Assembly: GCA_963728205.1 (NCBI GenBank)
Contig: CAVSIV010000002.1
Coordinates: 608,001-672,000 of the forward strand
DNA: 64,000 nucleotides
Direction: 5' to 3'
Source: an uncultured Chloroflexia bacterium
GTDB taxonomy: Bacteria > Chloroflexota > Dehalococcoidia > UBA2979
Positions within the stretch are counted from its first letter, which is position 1. The number at the start of each line of letters is the position of its first letter. Position numbers and translations under genes: made by a program. Below, one piece after another: positions 22,701 through 32,509 of the stretch. The notes under the pieces are model-generated. The model saw only the letters and a program-made list of their open reading frames with translations. It made no database searches and had not been told where the DNA came from.

Positions 22701-23543
22701 GACGCCGCGGATGGCGACGAGGACGACGACGACGAGGCGCAGGTCTTCGACGCGCCGCGCGGGCCGCGCCTCGAGCAGGAGGACGACGGCGTCGAGGTGG
22801 AGCTGTTCGAGGAAGCGCTGCTCGTGGAGTTGCCCGAACCGATCCGCGGCGGCGCCGACGTCGATACGGAGGAGCTGCGCGGCCGCATCAACGTGCTGCG
22901 CTCGGAGATCCGCGCGCTCGGCCCGGTGAACGTCGACGCGCTGGAGGACCTGAGCGAGGAGCAGGAGCGGCACGACTACCTGACGGCGCAGGTCGCGGAC
23001 CTCGAGGCCGCCGAGGTCGAGCTGCGCGACGCTATTCGCGAGCTCAAGAAGCTGATCCGCGAGCGCTTCACGGAGACGTTCGCGCTCGTGAACGAGCGCT
23101 TCTCCGAGTACTTCCGTCGCTTCTTCGGCGGCGGGCAGGCGGAGCTGCGGCTCACCGACGACGGCAACCCCGATGAGCCGGAGGAGGACGCGGAGCCGGG
23201 CGTCGAGATCATGGCGCAGCCGCCGGGCAAGCGCGTCTCGAGCCTGAACGTGCTCTCCGGCGGCGAGCGGTCGATGACCTCGGTGGCGCTGCTGTTCTCG
23301 CTGCTCTCGGTGAACCCCGCGCCGATGGTCGTGCTCGACGAGGTGGACGCGGCGCTCGACGAGGCCAACGTCGGCCGCTTCGTGGACACCCTGCGCGAGC
23401 TGCGCGACCGCACGCAGTTCATCGTGATCTCGCACAACCGGCGCACGATCGAGGCGGGCGACTCCATCTACGGCGTGTCGATGGGCGAGGATTCGACGTC
23501 GCAGGTGCTCTCGCTGCGGCTGGCCGACCTGCCGGCGGCGTAG
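19758..23543 (+). CDS. smc: chromosome segregation protein SMC
   Basis: GFKAF, GPNGSGKSN, long coiled coils, hinge, LGPVN, LSGGE, LDEVDAALD, SHN. Confidence 0.96.
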   Translation: MYLRRLEVHGFKAFADRQRFDFGPGMTVVVGPNGSGKSNVADAIRWALGEQSAKQIRARKTEDVIFSGSERRRPMGMAEVTLTLDNSEGWMPIEFSEVAVTRRAHRSGENEYLINGQNVRLTDVLDLFRRAQVGQNSYAHMSQGLVDEVLALRPGERRELIEEAADVRRHRHQLTLSERRLSETRDNLGHVRMLIKEVEPRLRQLARQSKRAAEYKRLAGELSDVLQVYLETELRRAHEAQAAARASHDQRAQRFAEAQREMQTLESRLRDLEAALHARRAELERVQGHERELAEEGLRLEQSVALTQQRLELLGVRRGELEQAIAAGEADLGPDGGEGDDDAAVAAMLTALEAQVAGARTRLAREQEALASADSGARDLLRQLSELEARRARLEGARDDASRRIAEYTARTERLARERAEAEQRRDALLVRLREHGAAALAHERAARDLAEAAGTARRRREAAERRLEDERRAEAAAAEALREAEAQAARLRERLKLIEMLRDSVPAASGGAQALLEAAQDPEQRTDEETPLAGVIDAVHRLIRVPDGLEAAIEAALAEHIAAIVVEHEADAYSALEYLRREQAGTATVFPLDAVEHRYPLNLFNERGVIGVASRLVRAEQKYRPLIDTLLGRVIVVDDLKVAQQMVKRGLGSVVTKDGTLLRQGGGIFGGRAGAAAERFSLERELEALPAQIDEADLAVEPARARLERAAATVAEARAAVEETRRVVDDAEERRRAHGAEQAKLRQSQAALAGAMRAARVVLAGGGDEEAGLAEAREARERAQQQLIEALSQIDTLRDRSEAVGQERDAAVERSAQATQALAAVDAERRALVAQREERAEARRRARQQLEERRSQFDALRREQEDLELSLQDRRARLANHRTAREEAQRAVGPTHAAVAELEQENRELAATRRERQQALLSAERELLESENAAREAASRVQRLLEQVAEEGMEVLPDGRVHPLPVVRASADDAASDDDEDAADGDEDDDDEAQVFDAPRGPRLEQEDDGVEVELFEEALLVELPEPIRGGADVDTEELRGRINVLRSEIRALGPVNVDALEDLSEEQERHDYLTAQVADLEAAEVELRDAIRELKKLIRERFTETFALVNERFSEYFRRFFGGGQAELRLTDDGNPDEPEEDAEPGVEIMAQPPGKRVSSLNVLSGGERSMTSVALLFSLLSVNPAPMVVLDEVDAALDEANVGRFVDTLRELRDRTQFIVISHNRRTIEAGDSIYGVSMGEDSTSQVLSLRLADLPAA

Positions 23544-23663
23544 ACGTCTCGGAGCGGCGGCGCGCGGCGTGGCTTCCACTACGCGCGCTGCCGTACGATC
23601 GGTGCTCCCCACCTGCGACGAGCCCGTGCGCACGCGGGCAGTGCCGGTCGCCCGGCGACAGGA

Positions 23664-24638
23664 GTGTCCGTGAGGCTGTTCGGACGCAGCAAGGAGAGCG
23701 ACGCCGCCACCGACCAGGCGCTGGAGCGCACGCGCCGCTCCTTCTTCGGGCGGCTCGGCGAGATCTTCGCCGGCAGCGACGTCGACGACGCGCTGTGGGA
23801 GTCGCTCGAGGAGGTGCTGATCGGCGCGGACGCCGGTGTGCGCACCACGACCGCGGTGCTCGACCGCGTCCGCGCGCAGGACCCGCGCCGTGCCGAGGAC
23901 GTGCGCACGCTGCTGCGCGCGGAGCTGATCGCGATCCTGCGCGCGCCGCAGGACGGCTCGCGCGGCCGGCTCTGGGGCCTGCCGGAAGGGACGCCGCCGC
24001 CGCCGGCCCCGCGCGTCGTGCTCGTCGTCGGCGTGAACGGCAGCGGCAAGACGACGGGCATCGCGCGGCTCGCGTACGCCTACCAGCAGGAGGGCCAGCG
24101 CGTGATCTGCGCGGCCGGCGACACCTTCCGTGCGGCCGCCATCGAGCAGCTGCAGGAGTGGGGACGCCGGCTCGACATCCCCGTGATCGCGTCGCGCCAG
24201 GGCGGCGACCCGGCCGCGGTCGCCTTCGACACGATCGAGGCGGCGCGCGCGCGGGGGGCCGATCTCGTGCTCGTCGACACCGCGGGGCGGCTGCAGAACA
24301 AGCAGAACCTGATGGACGAGCTGGCGAAGGTGCGGCGCGTGATCGAGCGCCACCTCGACCGCGGCCCCGACGAGGTGCTGCTCGTGCTCGACGCCACCAC
24401 CGGTCAGAACGGCCTCTCGCAGGCGCGCGCGTTCACGGAGTCGGTCGAGGTGACGGGCGTCATGCTCACGAAGCTCGACGGCACGGCGAAGGGCGGCATC
24501 GTGTTCGCGATCGCGAGCGAGTTCGGGCTGCCGGTGCGGTTCGTCGGCACGGGCCAGGGCGCGGGCGACCTGGCGCCGTTCGACGCCGAGGCGTTCGTCG
24601 ACGGGCTGCTGGGCGAGCCGGCCGGCGCCGAGGCGTAG
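23664..24638 (+). CDS. ftsY: SRP receptor FtsY
   Basis: GVNGSGKTT, DTFRAAA, DTAGRL, DATTGQN, TKLDGTAKGG. Confidence 0.97.
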   Translation: MSVRLFGRSKESDAATDQALERTRRSFFGRLGEIFAGSDVDDALWESLEEVLIGADAGVRTTTAVLDRVRAQDPRRAEDVRTLLRAELIAILRAPQDGSRGRLWGLPEGTPPPPAPRVVLVVGVNGSGKTTGIARLAYAYQQEGQRVICAAGDTFRAAAIEQLQEWGRRLDIPVIASRQGGDPAAVAFDTIEAARARGADLVLVDTAGRLQNKQNLMDELAKVRRVIERHLDRGPDEVLLVLDATTGQNGLSQARAFTESVEVTGVMLTKLDGTAKGGIVFAIASEFGLPVRFVGTGQGAGDLAPFDAEAFVDGLLGEPAGAEA

Positions 24639-24644
24639 CGGCCG

Positions 24645-27030
24645 GTGGCGGAGTCGCTCCGCTGGTACCTCGCGCTCGTGCTGATCGGCGGCGGCGGGCT
24701 GCTGCCGTCGGCGCTGCTGTTCTCGGGGCTGCGATCGGCGGGCGTGCTCTACGCACGCCCGCTCGCGCTGTTCGGGCTCGCGTACGCCGCCTGGATCGTG
24801 TCGCATTTCGGCGTCGTGCCGTATGGCGCGCCGCTGATCGTCGCACTCACCGCGGCGCTGTGGGCGTGGAGCACGGGGCTCGCGTGGCGGCGGCCGGCGC
24901 TGGTGGACGCCGTGCGGGCGCAATGGCGGCTGCTGCTCGTCGGCGAGGTGCTGTTCGTCGCGCTGTTCGCGGTGATCGCGTTCGCGCGCACCCAGGCGCC
25001 GGCGGCGATCAACACCGAGAAGCCGATGGACCTGATGATCCTGACGGCGATCCACGAGGCGCACCGCCTGCCGCCGCCGGACCCGTGGCTCTCCGGCCAC
25101 CGGCTGTCCTACTACCACCTCGGACACACGGCCGTGGACGTGGTGGGCCAGCTCTCGGGCAACGGACCGGGGGTCGCGTTCAACCTCGGCCTCGCGATGG
25201 CGGGGGCGCTCGCCGGCGTCGTCGCGTTCGGGCTGGCCGGCGACGTCGTCGCGCTGTCGGCGGTGCGACGGCGGGCTGCGCCGTGGGTCGCGGGCGGCGC
25301 GGCGACCGTGGGCCTGCTGTGGCTCGCGCCGCTCGAGGGGGCCGCCGACATTGCGGCCGCCAACGGGGTCGGCGCGACGTCGCTGTGGACGCGCCTGGGG
25401 GTCGAGGGGCTGCCGGGGTCGGTCGCGACGTCGCACGGCATCCCCACGCAGTTCTGGTGGTGGTGGCGCGCGACGCGCGTGCTGCCGCAGGCGACGGGCG
25501 CGCAGATCAGCGAGTTCCCGGCGTTCTCGCTGCTGCTCGGCGACCTGCACGCGCACGTGCTCGCGCTGCCGCTCGGGCTCGTCGCGCTCGCGCTCGCGCT
25601 GACGGCGCTGCAGGGCGCGACGCCGCTGACGTGGCGACGGTGGCTGGCGCGGCCGGCGACGCTGGCGTTGGCGTCGGCGCTGTTCGCGGCGCTGTTCATG
25701 GCGAACAGCTGGGACGTGCTGACGTTCGGCGCGCTGTGGCTGTTCGCCGCGGTGATCGCGTTCCGGCGCGTCGGGTGGTCGCTGCCGGCGGCGCTCGTCG
25801 GCGGGGTGCGGTACCTGGCGCTGCCGGCGGGCATCGCGCTGCTGCTGGCGGCGCCGTTCCTCGCGGGGCTGCAGCGGCCGCCGCTGGGCATCGCGCCGGT
25901 CTGGGGCGAGCACTCCGATCCCGGGCGCTTCCTGCTGATCTGGCTGACGCCGCTGCTGCCGCTCGCGGCCGCGCTCGTGCTGCTGGCGCGCGGGTGGCGC
26001 GCGCCGGGCGCGAGCGTTCGCGCGCGGCGTCGCCGGCGCGGCGGTGCTGGTCGCCGCGTGGGCCGTGGTGCTGATCGCGATCGGACACGGCGGCGAGCTG
26101 GCGGACCGCGGCAGCGGATGGATCACGATCGCCGCGCTGGGGCTCGCGGTGCCGGCGCTGGGCGCCGCGATGCTGGCCGCCGACGACGCCGGCGACCGTG
26201 CCCGTGCCGCGTGGCTGGGGCTCGCGGCCGCGGCGCTCGGCCTCATCTTCGCGACCGAGCTGTTCCGCATCGCCGACGCCTTCGCCGGCCGCACGAACAC
26301 GGTCTTCAAGTTCTGGTTCCACGCCTGGGCACTGCTCGCCGTCGCCGGCGGCGCGGGGCTGGGGCTCGCGCTCGACCGCGTCGCGTGGCGCGTCTCGGCG
26401 GCCGCCTGGCGCACCGCCGCGATCTGCGTGGGCGCCGTCGCCGCCGCGCTCACCGTCGTCTCGCTCGCGTACGCGCCGGCGATGGCGGTGAGCCGCTCGC
26501 GCGAGGGGCAGGCGCGCGGGCTGAACGCGCTCGCCGACATCGCCGCGCGCGATCCCGGCCTAGCCGCGACGGCGCTGTGGGCGCGCGGGAACCTCGACCC
26601 CGCGCACGACGTCCTGCTCCAGGCGTTCGGCGACAGCTATACGACGGCCGGCGGCCTGGCCGCGGCGAGCGGCGTGCCGACGCTGCTCGACTGGGTGAAC
26701 CATGAGCGGCAGTGGCGCGGGCCGCTACCGACGTTCCTCGAGCGCGAGCAGGCGATCGCGGCGATCTACCAGGGCGGAGCCACGCCGGCGACGGCGACAC
26801 TGGCCCGGAGGTGGGGCGTGGACTACATCTACCTCGGACGCGAGGAGCAGGAGCACTACGGACTCGACGTCGCGACGCGCTTCGACGCGTGGCCGGTCGC
26901 CTTCCGGTCCGGCGACGCGCGCGTGGTCGCCGTGCCGGGCGCGGGGAGCGGGGCGGTCGGCGCCACGGGCGTGACGGCGACGACGGCGATGACGGAGATG
27001 ACGGAGATGACGGCGGGGGCGACGCGATGA
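24645..27030 (+). CDS. DUF2298 / Chlor_Arch_YYY membrane protein (GT-C-like), frameshift near 26030
   Basis: EKPMD, DPWLSG..LSYYHLG, WWRATRV..EFPAFSLLLGDLHAH, NSWD, RTNTVFKFW, W.NHE.QWRG. Confidence 0.85.
26971..27015 (+). repeat. 9-bp tandem repeat, five degenerate units
   Basis: gtgacggcg-acgacggcg-atgacggag-atgacggag-atgacggcg. Confidence 0.8.
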
Positions 27031-27174
27031 CGCTGCAGGAGGTCCAGACGCCGCCCCCCGGTGCACCGCTCGATGCGCGCGCGAACCGCGAGTCACGGGG
27101 CAAAGGGTGGCACCCGAGAGCGGGCGGGCGCGCTCAATCGGGCTCTGCAGGAACACCGAGAGGGCGATCGGACA

Positions 27175-29223
27175 GTGACGTCGCAACAGCCCTCCGAAGA
27201 AACACACGTGAACGTGACAGTCAACGTAGCAGTGGAGGTTGCTCCGGCGGCGACGGGGGCCGCGCAGACGCGCCGTACCCGCTTCGAGTGGCCGTCGCTG
27301 ACCACGATGATCGTGATCGCGCTCGTCGTCGACGGGCTCGTGCTGCGCCTCGTCGACCTCGGCGTGCGCGCGATGCACCACGACGAGTCGCTGCACGCGA
27401 CGTACGCCTGGTACTTCGCGGAGGGTCGCGGCTACGTACACGACCCGTTGATGCACGGCCCGCTGCAGTTCCACCTGATCGCGGCGCTGTTCAAGCTGTT
27501 CGGCTCGAGCGAGTTCACGGCGCGGCTGCCGGCCGCGCTGCTCGGCACGGCGCTGATCGCCGCGCCGCTGCTGTTGCGCCGCTGGCTCGGCGGCGTCGGC
27601 ACCGTGGCGGCGGCGCTGTTCATCGCGCTGTCACCGACGCTGCTCTACTACTCGCGGTTCGCGCGCAACGACATGTTCATCGCGCTCTTCACGCTCCTCC
27701 TCGTGGTCGCCATCTGGCGGTACCGCGCCGACGGCCGCTTCCGCTGGCTGCTGCTACTGGCCGGCGCCGACGCGCTGATGTTCGCGACGAAGGAGACCAC
27801 CTACCTGACGGAGGCCGTCTTCCTGCTCTACCTCGAGGTCGTGCTGTGCGGGGCGTTCCTCGCGCAGTACCGCGCGGACCTGCCGGACGCGACGCGCAGC
27901 CAGCGCTGGGGCGCCGCGGTGGCGCTGCTGCCGACGGCGTGGCTGATCGCGGCGCTGTGGCCGCTGATCCCGCGCGAGCGCCGGCGCTTCGGGCTGCACA
28001 CGCTGCCGCGCGAGGGCGAGCTGCTGATCGTGCTCGGCGCGCTGTCGGCGACGCAGCTGAGCGCGCTCGTGCAGGTGCCGCTCAAGCATTTCGGCTACGT
28101 GCCGACGGGCGACACGCTGGTGCTGATCGGCAGCCTCACGGCGCTGGGCCTCGTGGGCGGCGGCGCGGTGATCGGGCTGCTGTGGGATCCCCGGCGGTTC
28201 GTGCTCTGCTTCGGGCTGTTCATGGCGATCACGATCCCGCTGTACACGACGCTCTTCACGAACCCCCAGGGCATCGTGACGGGCTTCTGGGGCGGGCTCG
28301 ACTACTGGCTGCAGCAGCAGGACGTGCGCCGCGGCGAGCAGCCCGGCTTCTACTACCTGATGCTGCTGCCGATCTACGAGCTGTGGATCCTCGTGCCCGG
28401 GCTGATCGGCGGGGCCTGGCTCGTGCTCAAGCGCGACCGCTTCGCGATGCTGCTCGCCTGGTGGTTCGTGGGGATCTTCGTCGCGCTGTCGTTCGCCGGC
28501 GAGAAGATGCCGTGGCTCACCGTGCATCTCGCGCTGCCGATGGCGCTGCTCGCGGCGTACTCGCTTGGACGTGCGCTGCCGTGGCTGCGCGACCGGCTCA
28601 GCGCGCCGCGCGTGTCGGCCGCAGCGTGGGGCGGCGCGGCGGCGACGACCGTGCTCGGCGTGGCGCTGCTGGCGCTGACCGTGCGCACGACGACGGCGCT
28701 CTCGTTCGGGCACCCGGACACGCCGATCGGCCCGATGATCTACACCCAGACCGCACCGGACGTGCCGGTCCTGAGCAAGCGGATCGTCTCCGCGCTGCAC
28801 GACCCGAACGGGCCGAAGTCGGTGGTGGTCGATACGACGGCATCCCTGACGTGGCCGTGGGCGTGGTATTTGCGCGACCAGACCGTCAGCTATTCGCCGC
28901 CGTCGCTGATCCAGCAGGGCGACGTGCCGCCGAACGCCATCCTGATCGTCGCGGACGGGACGCTCCCGCTCTCCAGCCCGCTGCGCCAGCAGTACGCGGC
29001 GCCGATCGAGTACCACCACCGCTGGTGGTTCCCCGAGGAGGGCTACCGGGCCGCGAACTTCCACAACGTCGCGCAGGGCCTACTCGACGGGTCGCTCGAG
29101 GGGAAGTGGTGGCACTTCATGCTGCACCGCATCGACGCCTCGCAGGTCGGATCGCTGAACGGGCAGGTGCTCTTCCCGCGGCCGGGCGCCGCCGGGTCGG
29201 GCGGGACCAACCCCGGGTCATAG
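27175..29223 (+). CDS. TIGR03663/Agl23-like GT-C (PMT/ArnT-type) membrane protein
   Basis: MHHDESLHA, YVHDPLMHGP, YYSRFARND, TKE, YWLQQQDVRRGEQP, EKMPWL, YTQT, WPWAWYLR; start approximate. Confidence 0.85.
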   Translation: MTSQQPSEETHVNVTVNVAVEVAPAATGAAQTRRTRFEWPSLTTMIVIALVVDGLVLRLVDLGVRAMHHDESLHATYAWYFAEGRGYVHDPLMHGPLQFHLIAALFKLFGSSEFTARLPAALLGTALIAAPLLLRRWLGGVGTVAAALFIALSPTLLYYSRFARNDMFIALFTLLLVVAIWRYRADGRFRWLLLLAGADALMFATKETTYLTEAVFLLYLEVVLCGAFLAQYRADLPDATRSQRWGAAVALLPTAWLIAALWPLIPRERRRFGLHTLPREGELLIVLGALSATQLSALVQVPLKHFGYVPTGDTLVLIGSLTALGLVGGGAVIGLLWDPRRFVLCFGLFMAITIPLYTTLFTNPQGIVTGFWGGLDYWLQQQDVRRGEQPGFYYLMLLPIYELWILVPGLIGGAWLVLKRDRFAMLLAWWFVGIFVALSFAGEKMPWLTVHLALPMALLAAYSLGRALPWLRDRLSAPRVSAAAWGGAAATTVLGVALLALTVRTTTALSFGHPDTPIGPMIYTQTAPDVPVLSKRIVSALHDPNGPKSVVVDTTASLTWPWAWYLRDQTVSYSPPSLIQQGDVPPNAILIVADGTLPLSSPLRQQYAAPIEYHHRWWFPEEGYRAANFHNVAQGLLDGSLEGKWWHFMLHRIDASQVGSLNGQVLFPRPGAAGSGGTNPGS

Positions 29224-29319
29224 CGCGGCTCGCCGGATCGCTGGCGGGTGTGGACCGCATGCCCGAGACTGGGTGAGCGCGTCCGCGCACCCCACGCACG
29301 TCGAGGAGGCACCCTGCAC

Positions 29320-30390
29320 ATGGCCCGCGCCCGCTCGCTCGTGCGAGTCGCGCTCGGACTCGGCGTCAGCGCACTCTTTCTCTTCCTCCTGCTGCGCCGG
29401 GTCGACCCCGGCGAGTTTGGCGACGCCATCCGCAGCATCCAGGCCGGCTGGCTGCTGCTCGCCGCGCCGATCTACCTGGCGGCGATGGTCACGCGCGCCC
29501 ATCGCTGGCGGCTCGTCCTGCGCCCGGCGATCGAGGTGTCGCTGCGCGACGCGACGTCGATCGTGGTGATCGGCTACTCCGCGAACAACCTGCTGCCGGC
29601 GCGTGTCGGCGAGGTGATGCGCGCGGTGTTGCTGCAGCGCCGCACGGGCGCGTCGCGGCTCACGGTGCTCGGGACGATCGTGGTCGAGCGCGTGTTCGAC
29701 GGGCTCGTGCTCACGCTCTTCCTCGTCCCGCCGCTCGCGCTGCGCGGCAGCACCGGCACGCTGCGCGCGCTCGCGTTCGTCGCGACGGGCATCTTCGTGA
29801 CGGCCGCGGTGGTGCTCGCGCTGCTCGCCGCGCGGCCGGAGCCGATGCACCGCTTCATCCACCGCGTGCTCGGACTGGCACCGGGCCGGCTGCGGCCGGC
29901 GTTGCGCGCGTGGACGGCGAGCTTCCTCTCCGGGCTCTCGCTGCTGCGCGGGCCGCGCGCGTGGGCCGGCGTCGCGCTGATGACGACGATCTCGTGGACG
30001 TGTGAGGCCGGCACGTACTGGATGGTGGGGCACGCGTTCGGGCTGGGGCTCGACCCGTGGCTCTACTTCGGCGTGTGCGGCGCGGCGAACCTCGCGATCA
30101 GCGCGCCTGCCGCCGGCGGGGTCGGCCCCTACGAGTTCTTCGCGAGCGCGGTCGTGGTCGCGTTCGGCGTGGGCATCAGCGTCGCGTCGGCGTACGCGCT
30201 GGCGCTGCATGCGTTGCTGCTCATCCCGACGACCGTGGCCGGCCTGGCGCTGCTGTGGCGCGAGCAGATCGGCATCGGCGCGCTGCGCCGCCAGGCCGCC
30301 GACGCATCCGCCCAGGCGCGCGCCGCGGAGAGCGGCGACAACGAGGCGCCCGACGCGCCGCTGGCGAGGGCAGAGGAGCCGACAACGTGA
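29320..30390 (+). CDS. lysylphosphatidylglycerol synthase TM / flippase-like protein (UPF0104)
   Basis: RAHRW, NNLLPARVGE, TIVVERVFD, P...GGVGPYE; strong SD gaggagg. Confidence 0.88.
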   Translation: MARARSLVRVALGLGVSALFLFLLLRRVDPGEFGDAIRSIQAGWLLLAAPIYLAAMVTRAHRWRLVLRPAIEVSLRDATSIVVIGYSANNLLPARVGEVMRAVLLQRRTGASRLTVLGTIVVERVFDGLVLTLFLVPPLALRGSTGTLRALAFVATGIFVTAAVVLALLAARPEPMHRFIHRVLGLAPGRLRPALRAWTASFLSGLSLLRGPRAWAGVALMTTISWTCEAGTYWMVGHAFGLGLDPWLYFGVCGAANLAISAPAAGGVGPYEFFASAVVVAFGVGISVASAYALALHALLLIPTTVAGLALLWREQIGIGALRRQAADASAQARAAESGDNEAPDAPLARAEEPTT

Positions 30391-30469
30391 CGCCGTCGGT
30401 CACCGCGAGCGCGCCGAATGAAGGCGTCCGGGAGGGAACGAGCATGACGACGCCCGCAAGGGGACAGGC

Positions 30470-31825
30470 ATGAAGGTGATCGTCGTCGGCGGTGGCGTCG
30501 CGGGGCTCGCGGCCGCGTACGAGCTCGTGCGCGGCGGGCACGAGGTGTCGGTGTTCGAGGCGGGCCCGGTGTGGGGCGGCCAGGTGCGGACGTTCGACAT
30601 CGGCGGCGGGCGCATCGAGTGCTTCTACCACCACCTCTTCCGCTCGGACACCGAGATCATCCGCCTGATCGACGAGCTCGGCCTCGGGCCGGACCTGATG
30701 TGGATCGACTCGAACGTCGGCATCAACGCCGACGGCCGCAACTACCCGTTCGTCGGTCCCGTCGATCTGCTGCGCTTCGATCGGGTCTCGCTGCTCACGC
30801 GCCTGCGGCTCGGGCTGACCGCCGTGTGGCTGCGGCGCGTGGCCGACTACCAGCGCTACGAGGGCCAGCGGGCCTCGGAGTGGATCACGAGCCGCGTCGG
30901 CCGCGAGGGCTACGAGCGCGTGTGGGGGCCGCTGCTGCGCGCGAAGTTCGGGCAGTACGCGGACGACGTCTCGATGGTGTGGTTCTGGGGCAAGATCTAC
31001 CTGCGCTTCGCGTCGCGCGAGGGCGGACTGTTCGCGAAGGAGCAGCTCGGCTACCTGCGCGGCTCGTTCGGGCGACTCGTCGACGCGCTCGTCGAGACGC
31101 TGCAGGGGGCGGGCGCCGAGCTGCGCAGCGGCGCGCCCGTGGAGCGCATCGACGTCGACGGCGGCCGCGTCGCCGGCGTGACGCTCGCGGGCGGGCAGCG
31201 CGTGCCGGCGGACGCCGTGATCGCGACGGTGCCGTCGCACCTCTTCGCGCGCATGCTGCCCGAGCTGCCGACGCTCGACCCGCGCTACGCGGAGCTGCTG
31301 GGCCAGGTGCAGTACCAGTGGGCGACGGTGCTCGTGCTGGCGCTCGACCGCCCGCTGTCCGACATCTACTGGCTCACGATGACCGACGACGATTCCCCGT
31401 TTGTCGTCGCGGTCGAGCAGACGAACTTCGTCCCGCCGTCGACCTACGGCGGGCGGCACGTCGTGTACTTCTCGCGCTACGCGGATCCGGGAGACCCGAT
31501 CGTGGAGCAGGACGAGGAGCAGGTGCTGGCGGAGTACGAGCCGTACATCCGTCGCATCAACCCGGCGTTCGACCGCTCCTGGGTGACCGGGCGGTGGCTC
31601 TTCAAGGACCGGGCCGGGCAGCCAATCGTGCACGCGCGCTACCACGAGACGATCCCACCGCACCGCGCGCCGGCGGAGGGGCTGTACCTGGCGAACACGA
31701 CGCAGATCTACCCGGAGGACCGCGGCCAGAACTACTCGATTCGCATGGGGCGGCGGGTCGCGCGGCTGGCGCTGGCGGAGTACGAGCGCACGCAGTCGGG
31801 GCTGGACGCGGCGCCGGTCGACTGA
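30470..31825 (+). CDS. FAD-dependent amine oxidase/protoporphyrinogen oxidase-like oxidoreductase
   Basis: VVGGGVAGLAAA Rossmann, E...GG, FYHHLF, W.PLL.AKFG, QIYPEDRG.NYS. Confidence 0.88.
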   Translation: MKVIVVGGGVAGLAAAYELVRGGHEVSVFEAGPVWGGQVRTFDIGGGRIECFYHHLFRSDTEIIRLIDELGLGPDLMWIDSNVGINADGRNYPFVGPVDLLRFDRVSLLTRLRLGLTAVWLRRVADYQRYEGQRASEWITSRVGREGYERVWGPLLRAKFGQYADDVSMVWFWGKIYLRFASREGGLFAKEQLGYLRGSFGRLVDALVETLQGAGAELRSGAPVERIDVDGGRVAGVTLAGGQRVPADAVIATVPSHLFARMLPELPTLDPRYAELLGQVQYQWATVLVLALDRPLSDIYWLTMTDDDSPFVVAVEQTNFVPPSTYGGRHVVYFSRYADPGDPIVEQDEEQVLAEYEPYIRRINPAFDRSWVTGRWLFKDRAGQPIVHARYHETIPPHRAPAEGLYLANTTQIYPEDRGQNYSIRMGRRVARLALAEYERTQSGLDAAPVD

Positions 31826-31987
31826 GCGGTGCGCGTGGCGGCCGCAGGCCGGCGGGGGCCGGCGCCGGCCGTGCTTCCGCGAACCTGCGGGCTTGCCTAT
31901 AGTGAGGCGCGGCCGGCCGGGCCCGCGCGCGCGACCGCGCCGCGGCGGTCCCGGGCACGTCTACGGCCACGTCGAAAGAGAGCCGCC

Positions 31988-32509
31988 ATGCCGCTGGAGA
32001 CCGAGGCGCAGGCCCAGATCCGGGCGTTGATCGGGGACCTGCAACCGAACCACGGCGACCTGCTGCAGGCCCTCCACCGCGTTCAGCACGAGTTCGGCTA
32101 CATCTCACGCGCGGCGATCGAGGTCGTCGCGCAGCAGCTCGGGCTGTTCGCTGCCGAGGTCTACGGCGCGGTCACCTTCTACTCCGAGTTCCGCCTGCAG
32201 GCGCCGCCGGCCGTCGAGGTGCGCTGGTGCAGCGGGCCGGCCTGCCACCTGCGCAACGGGCGCGGCATCCGCGACGCGATGCTGGCAACGCTCGGGCTGC
32301 AGGAGCTCGGCGAGCAAACACCGGACGGGCGCGTCGGCATGTGGCTCGGGCAGTGCAACGGCACCTGCGAGCTGGCGCCGCAGGTCTGGGTCGACGAGCC
32401 GGCGCACCAGAGCAGCCGGGTGGTCGGGCACCTCACCGCCGCGAAGGCGGTGCGCATGGCACGGGCGTTGCGCGACGGCGCGAATGCGGACGAGGTGGGA
32501 CGTGACTGA
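31988..32509 (+). CDS. NuoE/HoxE/HydC-like [2Fe-2S] subunit
   Basis: L..VQ..FGYI, VTFYS, C-x4-C (CSGPAC) and C-x3-C (CNGTC). Confidence 0.88.
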   Translation: MPLETEAQAQIRALIGDLQPNHGDLLQALHRVQHEFGYISRAAIEVVAQQLGLFAAEVYGAVTFYSEFRLQAPPAVEVRWCSGPACHLRNGRGIRDAMLATLGLQELGEQTPDGRVGMWLGQCNGTCELAPQVWVDEPAHQSSRVVGHLTAAKAVRMARALRDGANADEVGRD

